A stretch of DNA of 35,846 bases from Thraustochytrium aureum (taxonomy: Eukaryota): NCBI GenBank assembly GCA_012862495.1, contig BLSG01000242.1, forward strand, positions 48,562-84,407. The letters are read 5' to 3'. A program made the position numbers and the translations under genes. Below the pieces are notes generated by a model. That model was not told where the DNA came from, ran no database searches, and saw nothing but the letters and a program-made list of their open reading frames with translations. Position 1 is the first letter of the stretch. The number at the start of each line of letters is the position of its first letter. Shown one piece after another: positions 18,589 to 29,600 of the stretch.

Positions 18589-20047
18589 TCATAGAGCCGT
18601 GCCTCGCTCGAGGTTGTCGCGGAGCTCTGTCGTGTACTTGCCAAAGCTCTTTTCGACCACCTTGTTGTACCGCTCGTTTGCGTCGTTTATTGCGGTCACG
18701 TCCTCCCCGTCCAGGCGCGCTCGCGTGCGCGTTCGCTTCTTGCTGGTCGGCAGGATGCTCTCCACGAGCCTCTCCTTGGCTGCCGCGGAGGCGCCGCCGT
18801 CCTGCCCATACGACAGCGCGACTTCGCCGACGGCCTGCGGGCCGCGCTGCGGCTCCGCGTCCGCGACCGCGACCTGGCTCACGCGCGCAAGACGAGCGAT
18901 GCGGTTTTCGTATGTACGTAGCTGTGTGTCCGGGTTGCTAGCGTGCGCCTCGTTCGCAGCCGCCGCCCTGCTCGCCTTCGCCTCCTTGCGCTCTGACGCG
19001 CGCTGCGCCTTTTCCGCTGTGTCAAACAGGTACGACTTGCTCGGCGCCGCTCCAAGAGCGGCAAGCTTGTCCTTGCGGTCTTGCTCTGCTTTGGCCCAGC
19101 GCTCAGCAGCTGCCTGTTTGCTGCCCGTCCCAGTGACGCGCCTGTGCTCCTCCAGCACGGCGCGCTGATTTTCCGCCCTCGCTTTCGTTTGTTTGCGCCT
19201 CAACTCGAGCAGCTTTTGACGCCGCGGCCCAAGCGTCCCAGGCGCAGCGGCCGCCGAGTCGAGAGCCGCCGCAGCGGCGTCCAGTCGCCCTGCTCGGCGC
19301 TCGTCCTGGCGAGCCTGCGCCGCAGCACGCTCCACTGCCCCGTCATACACCGCCGCGGGGTTGTCTGGTGTTGGAACTGGAAAGCTCGCTATTGACGCAG
19401 CCCGCTCTATTGCCAATCTCTCGCGCTCCTCGCGCTCGCGCTGCATGCCAACCCCGCTCGCGGCTCCGGCCAGCAGCTCGCTCGAGGCGGGCGCGGGCCC
19501 GCTCGATTCGTGCTGATCGCCCGAGCCGGCTCCACAGTCTGAGATCACGACGTCAGCAACTGGGCGGTCGTCCTCCCCTGTGGCGACCTTTTCGAGCGCG
19601 TCCAGGACCTCCAGTCCTCGCGTGACTTTGCCAAAAACGACGTGCCGCCCGTCCAGGTGTTTGGCTGCAGCGAACGTGATGAAGAACTGGGAGCCGTTCG
19701 TATCTGGGCCAGCGTTGGCCATCGACAGTATCCCGCGCGTGTTGTGCCCGCCAAGCTTAATGCTCGGCTCGTCTGCAAACGTGCGCCCGAAGACCGACGC
19801 CCCGCCCGTGCCGTCGCCCCTCTCAAAGTCGCCGGCTTGCAGCATAAACCCCGGGATCAGCCGATGCACCTTGCAGCCCTTGTACCCGATCGGAGCCCCC
19901 GCGGCGTNNNNNGCCCTTGCAAAGCCGTCTGAAGTTCTCGGCGGCCCGCGGGGCGCGAGAATCCCACAACTCGACCTGGACGCGTCCGAGCCCTTCTCCG
20001 GCGACGTGAAACTCCAGCCACGCCTGGCATCCTCCAGCGCCCGCCAT
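18589..20047 (-). CDS. Cyclophilin-type PPIase fused to C-terminal SYF2 splicing-factor domain
   Basis: N-terminus GRVQVELW...[13 protein letters not shown], then across the 5-N gap (19908-19912; true length must be 3n+1) [57 protein letters not shown]. The C-terminus [37 protein letters not shown] is the SYF2 signature. Confidence 0.9.
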
Positions 20048-20185
20048 GCCCGCTCAGGCTGCGCTCGAGCAGCTCCCGGGCCTGAGACCAGCCCCCGCAC
20101 GCGACACCAACGGCGACGAAGAGGCGCGCCGCCCCCGCCCAAAGCGCACTGCGCACTGCTCCGTGGTCGATGAATCGCTGGATCA

Positions 20186-20328
20186 CAATCGATTGCCGCG
20201 CCCATCAATCGATTGAAAACGAAATGTGGAAAACCGATTGTCAATCGATTTAGAAAAGCGAAAAACCGACTGCCAATCGATTAAAAGAAGAGCGAAAATT
20301 CGATTGTCGCTCAGTTCAATCGATTGAA
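20186..20328. promoter_or_regulatory. AT-rich array of AATCGATT palindromes in the divergent cyclophilin-SYF2 / VPS13 intergenic region
   Basis: CAATCGATT at 20186, 20206, 20242, 20274 and 20317; variants at 20232, 20264 and 20298. The regulatory role is inferred from position. Confidence 0.55.
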
Positions 20329-20668
20329 AGCACAGGACCGCGGCAGTGGCAGAGCAGAGAAGAGAACGGCGGTGCAAGACGTCGCTCGCTGCTTCAGTGC
20401 CACTGGCAGAGCCACGACAGCGGCAGGCAAGCAAACGAGGAAGGAAGGAAGGACAAGGAAGGAAGCAGGGCAGCCAGGCAGCCAGGCTCTCGCCGGCGTG
20501 GGGCGCCAAGTGGCCGTCTGAGCAGCGCGCGAGAGGGTTCGGCTGTGACGTCGAGTGGATCGCAGCGCGTGCTTTAGGCGGAGACTGTGACCTGCATTTT
20601 GGGCCCTGCCTGGGCGCTCGCGAAGCGCTGCGGATGGGAGGCGCGCCCAAAAGCGCCCTGTCGGAAAT

Positions 20669-23600
20669 ATGTTAGAAGGAGTGGTTAGTAGGCTGGTCAC
20701 GCGGTATCTCGCCGAGTACTTTGAGCATGGAAAGCTGGACGTCGTCGGTCTCGGCGATATTCGTGTCAACGACCTCGTGCTCAAGCCCGTGGTTGTCCCC
20801 GCTAACCTTCCGGTCCGCGTGCGCACCTGTACAATAGGGAACGCGAGCGTGTCCGTCGCGCCACTCAAGCTCCTCTCCTTCAACTCGACCTATGCTGTCT
20901 GCGTCCAAGCCAAAGACATTTCGCTTGTCTTGGACGAGCGGCCAGAGAGCGAATGGGATGAAAAGGGCGAGTTTGAAGCCCTCAAGGCCGCCAAGCTCGC
21001 CATGGCGCAATCCCTGCGAGACGCAGCGCTGCAGTCGCTTGAGACCAAGCTGTCCGCTCTGCAGGGCCAACTTGCTGGTGACGATGCCGCGCAGGGCGAC
21101 TCGACAGTGATGGGCGCCCTCAAGCGGGTCGCTGTGCGCATCGTTGACAACATCGAGTTTCAGCTACTCAACGTCAACGTGAGCTACTACTTCGAAGGAC
21201 AGGGGCGATCTGGCGGGCTCGGGGTGCAAATCACATCCATCCACCTCGACAACACAACGCTCGACCCGCACGTCGGCAGTAAATGGAATCCCGCATCGCG
21301 TGACCAGGACGAGGCGCATGCTCCAGAGGCTCGCGTGGGCGGCATCCCAATAGAGCCTGTCCAAGGCGCCACCAACAAGATTATCCGCAAACAGATCCAG
21401 ATCTCAGACGTCCAAGTCTTTCTGCAGGAGAATGAGCCCGGCAAGGGTTCCGTGCGCAGCACGCTGCTGCACCCGCTCTGTGTGGAGGCCGTTGTGGCCG
21501 CCAGCCTTGCAGGTGATCCGCGTCCCACCATGGCGCTCGCGGAGCTGCGCCTTTCCCGGGTTGTGCTTGAAGCAACGCCGCGCAACGTCACTGCCCTTGG
21601 CTTCGCAGCTGGATCGCTGGGCCGCCAGTCCCAGTGGAAGGCTTGGTGTGAGGCGCAGTTCTCGCAGCTAATCATGACCGGCGTCCCCATGGACGAACAG
21701 CAAACCGTCTTCAGGATTTACGAAGCCATGATCGAAAGCGGCGCCCTGCCGAAAAGTGAGAAGACCTCTGTGCCGAAGAAACAAAAGGATGCGCTCTTCA
21801 CCGGAGGGATCGAGTGGCTCCTCCACGACCTGTCCTGGCTCCAGCAACGCGAGCTCCGCATGCACGCTGGCACCATAGAGAACTTACTCAAGAGCGCTAC
21901 AGCCCTCGTGGCGCAGCGCGAGCGAGCCAAGCTCAACGCATCTGATGCGAATCCTGGTATTTTTGCCAGAGGTCGCTCCACCGTTTCTTCGTGGGTGGGC
22001 TGGGCCATCGGTGCAGACGCCCCCAGAGTCGACCCATCAACATCCCCGACGAGCTCAAAGTCGGCTAGTCCACCATCCACTCGCCCGCCGCGCGCCCCCG
22101 TCAGCGATGCCGACGTCCTGGACCAGGCTGCGAACCTGTCTGCTGCCCTTGGGGTTGAGACCGAATCCATGAACAACAAGCAGCGTCGCCGCCAATTGCG
22201 CAAGATCTTCGACTCGATCGACTCGGACCGTAGCGGCGGCGTCGATGCGATAGAGCTCCAGCTTGGCCTTGCGCTCGCAGGAACCAAACTGAGCGCTAAG
22301 GCCACCGCCGATCTCGTCGCAACTTTCGACACAGATCGCAACGGAGTGATCGACTTTGAAGAGTTTTGCACCATGTGCGACCTAGCGCCGGCACATCTCG
22401 AGCAGCGCGGGGCGCGCCTAAAGCGCAAGCACGCCGTCGCCGCTTTCGCACTCGTTGTTCAAAGCGTCGAGCTGAGGCTGGTCGCCAGTCGCGCAGGCCG
22501 CGGCGCCTTGCCGGAAGCAAGTGAGCGCAGCATGGATGCGCAGGGGGGGAATAGTTTTCGTGTTTCGCTCGGCGAGATCGAGCTCGCCGGCGCGATCGAG
22601 GGTGCCCAAAATCCTACAATAGGTCGAAAAGGCTTGCAAGTGTCGGTTGGGACCGTGGACGTCTCATTCGGTCACAGTGCGCCGTTTGTCACGGCGTTCG
22701 GAGAGTCGCGCGGCGCGGCCACTCGGGGCCTCGAATCGCGCGTCAGCGTGCGCATCCTCGAGGTTCGCGTCGACCCTGCCGCCAGCCACGCCGCCGCGGG
22801 CGGGGTGGCTCCCTACGGCTCTCTTTTCCAGCTGGACCCAGGCGGCGAGCCCACTTCGCACTCCACGACCGGGCTCGCTGGACCACCGTACGTGCCCGAC
22901 GACGCCCCCGACATGGTCGCCTTTAAATTTGATGCCAAGGCCGAATCGCCAGGCCAGCTAGAGTTTGTCGTTTCTCACGGCTCGAGCAGAGTCGGGTCTG
23001 TGCAGGTCCAAGTGCGCTCGCGAGCTGTCAGTCAGGGCTGGCTGGAGAAGATGTTGGGTCGGAGCGCTGGAGCTGTCGACCCGGACCCGGAGGACCGCTT
23101 GCTTGGCGAGGTCGAGGTGCCGATCTCGCTGGAGGAGCCTGCGCCCTCCGAGCTCTTCTCGCGCTTGAAGAAGAAATCCTTTGCCTTTGACGAGTGGCTT
23201 CCACTCGTTGGCTCGCGCCGCGGCAAGGTGCTGGTGCGCATTCAGCAAACGCAGCTGCTTCCGCGCGACGAGGGCGCTCCATCAATCTCAGCGGCGCGAC
23301 TTGACGTTTGCGCTCGCACAAGCCTTGGCTATGCCAACGTGGCCGCGAAAGCAGCCCTTGGCCGACACAAGGTGCACCTTGAGCCGTCCGCCGCTGAGCG
23401 CTTCGAAACCATTTCCGCTGCTTTCGCCAAAGCTTCAGCTTGGCACTCGCGAGAACGCGACCCCGCTATGGCTGCGTGGCGCTGCGCGAAGTCCGTTGTG
23501 CACCTTCAGTTTCCCGAAACCAGCGGCGACAAGTCGGCAGTTATCGTTTCGCTACGCGTCGAGTGCGGCTCCGAGGTTCTTGGCCTCGCCCCGTTCGATG

Positions 23601-26600
23601 CCAACAAACAATTGGCGCTTGGCGAGGTCCAAAACCTAATGCAGCGGGTGCATCGCGCCTCCGGGCAGTCTTCTGAGGAGCCGCTCAACATTATCGTGAC
23701 TCTCAAGGACGGCAGGAAACTCGCCATTCTCGGCCTCACGCTAAAGCGCGTCCTGTCGTTGGGCAAGATGCGCGAAAGCATGCTCTGGTGCAAAACGCAT
23801 GACACCGACGCCGGTAAACAGACGCAGCTCCGTCTCTTAGTGAGCATCGCTGTCTCGAGTTTTGGCTCCGACAGCAGGCTCGGCTCGGCCAGGTCCAGCG
23901 TAGGCTTCAGCGTCAGCGAGGAGAGCGATCAAGCTCACGAGGGGGCCTTGGGTGTTAAAGGTGGCGCGACTCAATCCGACAACCAACCCGACTCTTCTCC
24001 TACCGATTGGAACAGGTGGGAGCCCGCTGACCCTCTCGGCTTGTCGCTTTTCCCGCCAATTGTGGAGCGCAAGGTAGCTGTCCTCCACGTCAGAGTCCTT
24101 CGCGCCAAAAGCCTACGCGCCGCCGACATCACAGGAACGAGTGACCCGTACTGCGTCCTCAAGTGCCACGGCGAAGAGTTTCGAACCCATGTCGTCTCCG
24201 AGACATGCGAGCCGGACTGGTCCGATCTCGAGGACTCCTCGCACTTCCGGTTCGGCCCTCTTTTGGGGCGAGCGATCGCTCCTGAATCTCCAGAGCAAAT
24301 ACACATCACGGTGAAAGACCACGACATGGGCGGCGAGTGGACGGATGACCTTCTCGGAGTTGCACACCTGCCCCTGCACGAGCTGTACAAGGAGATTCTC
24401 TCTACGGATGCCTCCGCTCGCGGGCAGCTGTCCCGCATGGGCTCAAGCCGTTACGCGAGTGGGCGTGATCTGTCCCGCTTCACCATTAACCCGAGCCGTC
24501 GTCTCACCCGCTGGGTCGCGCTGCACATGCATGACGGCGGTACAGGCGACGACGGAGACGACGGCCAGGTCCAATTCGAATTTTGGCTGGAGCCGTGCGA
24601 TCACGGCGCGCAACCCGTTTCAGCGCTCCCAATCGCGATCGACCTCACTTTGCAGTCCTATTTGGATCTCCCTGTCCTGGAGATACCGAAGGATCATACG
24701 CTAAATCATTGCCTCCGGGACGTGGAGGTGCACCTCGGGTCCCCGACCGTGGAGCTTGTCTTTGGCGAGGGCGGCTCGAGCAAATTGCTCGCTGCTCTCG
24801 ACACTGACCGCTCGGGCCCCAGGGCAGCTCTCGACGACGACGATGACGTTGAGCAATGCGAGCAGCCTAGGGGTTACGCGGAACACGGTCGTGGCGCAGA
24901 CAGCGACACCGATTTTCACTCGGTCGGCAGCAACGGCACATCTTCGAAAGCTCGCCGTCGCGGTCAACTTGAGCGGCAGAGCAGCGCATCGTCGAGCACC
25001 CGTCGTGGCAAACTCGAGCAACAAGGATCTGCGGAAACGCTGGACTATTTTTCCGTCAACTCTGACTCTGACTCTGACTTTGCCGAAAACGATGACAAGG
25101 AGGTCGGCGCACAGCAAAGTGAGAACGTGCAACCTCGGCGCCGCCACGTCTCTCAAGAAGCGTTGATTGGCTCTACGGCCGACCGAGAGCGCTCGCGTCC
25201 GCCTCGAGGCCGGTCCAAGCGGCCGAGCGCCGCCGACGGCCGTGCGGCCGTATCGCTCCATCGCCGGCTCGACCTCAAGCTTGGGTTACGTGTAGACGAG
25301 TGGCGCATTAGAGTCCTCATGGTCTCCACGCGCGACTCTTCAGTGCACTACCCTGTTGTGGAGGCTGCGGTTCAGGCGGTCGGCATGACCAGCCACTACT
25401 CGCTCTACAAAATCGGCTTGCCACTGTTGCACTTGGAGCTGGAAGTTGGCAAGATTGTCGTGCACGATGCTGAGCAGCGACACGACGTGGTTGGGAGTGC
25501 TCTACCTTCAACAACGTCCGACGGTGCAGACGTGCAGGGGCCTGCCTCGGGCAGCCGCCCACAGTTTCGACTCCTATTCAAATACATGATGCCGGCTGAC
25601 GCAAGAGTCGAATATGTCTATGACGCACCGTCGACAGAGGGGCCAGGGTCTCGCGGCCAGCCGAGGGAGGAAACTGTTGTGGCGTGCCCAACTCTGTCTC
25701 TCGGAATCCAGGTCGAAAGCGCCTTCGTGTTGCTTACGCCGCTCATAGCACTTGGAGGGCGCATATCCCACGTCTTCTTTCCCAGTCCAGACGAGCTCGA
25801 CGAGGGCGACATGAGCGACAAAGTCAAAGAGGGACAGGATTCTGCGACCGAAGTGGGCTCGAGCGCGACAAGCCTGGCAACACAGGAGGAAACCACTTTG
25901 AACCCTGCGCCATCCGCGCCCGCTCCCACAGACCCCGCGTCGTCGCTAGAGGCAGTGGCGCTGGTGCTCCCTGTTTCGAAGGTGGTATTTGACATGCGAG
26001 TCAAGCGCGTCGAAGTGCACATCATGAGCCGAGCAGAGCTCGCGTTTTCTGGGGGCCACATTCATCGCTTCCCTCCTAAATCGGTCATTACGCGGACCTC
26101 TATTGTCTGCAGATACGAAACCGCAGCAAGAGACGCTGCCATCCCAGCCAGTCTCGCGGAGGAGGAGCAGAGCACGGCAGACGCGTCAGGAGTTCCTGCG
26201 AAAGAATCGCTCAAGGTAAAGTTCGTCAATGACGTAGTCATCGCTCATACCTGCCTCGAGCGCCATGCCTATCGTGAGATTCCTGACGATTTTTTATCGG
26301 GCGACAACGTGATTGTGGAGCCGTTCACCGTCCGACTTTCAATGAACACGCGGACGATCCGCAATGCAAAGTCGCTTCGGTTGCTCGAGTCTGCGACGCA
26401 CCGTCGCCACGGGTCCTCGATTGGCGAAGCCACCTCGGTCACCACGGCGCTGCGAGCGTACGACTCGTCATCCGTGTGCCAAAGTACTACAAGCTGCGCT
26501 GGCTCAGCTCTCGAGGACGACGAAGAGTACGGTCTTGCAGGCCGCCATGGTGCGCACGAGACAAACCAGCTCGTCACAGAGACGTTTCGTCGCCCAGATG

Positions 26601-29600
26601 AAATTTGGGGCGTGGACGAATACACCGCTGCAGCGCACAAGGTGATGGACGCCGAGTTGGACAGGGCTCGGAAAGCCCACAAAAAGCTCGCGCGTGTGTT
26701 TGAGCTTCGCGTGGACGGGCTTGAGGCCCGGCTCGACTCGGGCGACGTCGCCTTCCTCGTCAAGGTGAATGACGTGCAGAACGCCGTGCTGGGTGAACTA
26801 GCCGCAGAGCCTGCGGAAAAAAGCCTTCTCCACGCAACAACAGCCACGTCCAAGCGCCCAGCAAGCGCGCTTTCGCGGCATCGCTCGACAGCGGGGTGAG
26901 CGGAGACGGCTCCGCCGGCGCGCACTGCGTGGTGGACATTCACAGACTCTCTGACGGGCGCCTCGTTGCTTCATCGTCGGAGAGTAGCCGGCTCGTTGTC
27001 ATGGACCAAAGCGAGATCATTTCTCGAGCCGCGTCGACACAAACGCTTCGCGTCCCTGTCGGTGCGCTGCAGGCTGTTGCACAAGGGGGCGACGAGCTGG
27101 AGGTGGCAGAGCGCGTTGCGAGGAGCAACGCGAAGGGTCCTGCCCCCAATGCACCCGATGGCGATCCGGCGAGCTCGCCATCAGGTGCAGCGAGCGATGT
27201 CTCGAGCGGGCACGGGGCTCAGAATGGCGACGCCAAAGTACGAGAGCAAGAGCGGGGTGCTGCCCAAGGTTGGTTTTTGCCCACAATGACGACGAACCTC
27301 GTATTGTGCCACAACACGGCGGACTTTCGTCGCGCTCTGCCCGGTGATGCTCCTGGTAGCTGGAGCACAAGGCGCGACAGTGTTGCGTTGGAGACTATCT
27401 TGAAGAATGCGGCCGCTCAAAACGCGCTGGAGTCCACCTTTGACCAGTTCAACGTCTACATCTCGCAGGTGATGTTCTGCATCGGGAAAAACCTGCACGG
27501 CTATCCCGAGCCGTTCATTCGATTTGTGCTGGCGCAGCTAAACCTCATCGGCTGCTCGATGGACTTGTTCAGCAAACACGTGCAAGTGCGAGGGTTCCAG
27601 TCGATGGCAAGCACGACGTTCAACCCGCTCTCGCGAGCTTGGGAGCCGCTTGTGGAGCCTTGGTCGCTCTTTTGGTCCTGCGAGCGGGCGGAGGACCAAG
27701 CGCAGGGGCCGCTTGTGCAGCTGCTTGCCAGCAAGCGGCTTAACTTTAACGTGACGGACTCGTTCCTGAAAGGGCTCTCGGATCTAGCGAAGAGCATGGC
27801 CCCGAGCTTTGAGCCCCCCGACGACGAGAGGCTCCACGGGTCGTTCGGCCCGAACTGGGTGGTCAACGAGGTCGGCCACGACATCGTCCTTTGGCCCGTT
27901 AAAGAGCCAGAGAAGCAACGGGCTAGCACCGAGCCCAAGCTGATGCGGTACCGCGGCGCGCCGCAGGTCTTTCGCGTGCGAAGCAACCTTGCCCGAAAGC
28001 TACACCTGCACGACACAGGCAAGCTTCGAACAAAGATGATGAGGCTATTAGACCAGCACCGTGAGCACAAAGCGAGGCTCCAGCGGCGAGCGATGAACGC
28101 CATGCTTGCCAGCAGAGTGTCCACTACCATCTCAGCGGCGCGCAACCGGCGGAGACCCATCTCAGGTGCCTCGACCAATTCAAGAGCGCAGCGCTCGGGG
28201 TCCATGGAAGAGCGAGAGCAGCGCCATCTTCGTGACGAGCTCGCTGAACTCTTCGCAATCCTTGACGAGGACGGCAGCGGGGAGATCACATGCCTCGAAC
28301 TCCAGAACGCACTCTCGCGCACTGGCGAGCCGATCAGCATCGAGGAAGTGCTCTACTCCATCGGCGAACTCGACGACCTTGGCGTGGAGAATGTGGACGC
28401 GACGGAGACAGGGATATCCCTGGAGGAGTTTATCTCGTTCTTTATGGCAGCAAAGCCACCCCCAGGGACGTCGAAGGCCAGGGGGGGTAGCTGCGGGCTG
28501 CGGGTCGGCGGCTTGGCTCTCACTCTGGACGAGGACATTGGCCTCGGGGCTGACAATGTTTCAGCGTCGCTCGCGAAGCAGATCATCCTTGCGCCCGCGC
28601 ATGGCTCGGGCAAGTTCATGTTGCAGTCAACCGCCGTAACAGGGCCACAAGGTGAGGGCCCAAGCGCTTCCGCACAAGGGAGCACTCGAGCGGGCCTCGA
28701 CGCCACGAGCCCGAAAGCCTCGCATGTGCGGATCGGGGAGGCAAGCGATGCAGAGGACGCGTCTAGCAGCGCGGAGCACGCCGCGAAAAGGAAGGAGCGC
28801 CAGGGCCGCGTGCTCAGCACGCAGTCGCGCTCCTACCAGTACCCGGGCTTCGGCAACGCGAATTGGTGGATTGTCGGCAACATGCGAAAGATGGGTCGGT
28901 CCTCCGCAGCGGACGTTCTCTTTTTGGAGACGCCAGTGCGGTTTGAGAATCGACTGCTAGTTCAGCTCGAAGTCGTTTTCGTCTGGCTCGACGAGGTGGG
29001 CGGCCGCGTGTTGCACGAGCAAGTCGTCTTTGCGCTCGAGCCAGGCCACGAAAGATCTGTTCCGCTCAAGTACTTGTATGCGCGGCATGTTTTCGGGGAG
29101 GGCGGAACGTTTGGCATCGCCGTTCGGCCCGACTACGGCGAGCACGGGCGTCGCCGCCTGCTGGCAAGTGGGGCGGAGCGCGCAAAGAGCCGTATTGGCG
29201 CGAGCAAGTCGACCGCGCACAGTCGAATGAACAGCGGCGATATGCAGTCCTCGATGGAGTCTTGGTGTGGCGCAAGCGTTGACTCTCCGAGGAGATCTGT
29301 TCTGTCACTGCAGGAGAGCGACGGCGAGGAGTTTGGCAAGCAGCCCTCAAGGTGGGCTCGCAGCGACGTTCTGGTCCGCTTGCTCGGGGGCGAGGGCATC
29401 GGCCTCGCCCAAAGCCCTCGCCCTGAAGATGACCTTTTGGACGAGAGTGGCAACTTTATCTCGGACGAGCTCGTTTCGTCAGCAAAGCGCAAGGGCGGCC
29501 CACAGCCACTGGCCAGCGGCCTTGTGGCCTGCAACCACGTCGACTTCTCGCGTGACCCGAGGACGCAGCCGCCTTCCGGGGAGGAAGCCTGTGTGGAGCG

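Noticed and set aside
20186..20328. CRISPR array interpretation of the palindrome cluster
   Set aside because: The repeats are only 8-14 bp, irregularly spaced, and lack unique spacers of constant length.
26810..26899. Programmed -1 ribosomal frameshift at AAAAAAG, or a GTGA start/stop overlap suggesting an operon
   Set aside because: The heptamer is not in X XXY YYZ phase (zero frame reads GAA AAA AGC). The locus is eukaryotic, and similar indels of both signs occur elsewhere, so a homopolymer error is simpler.
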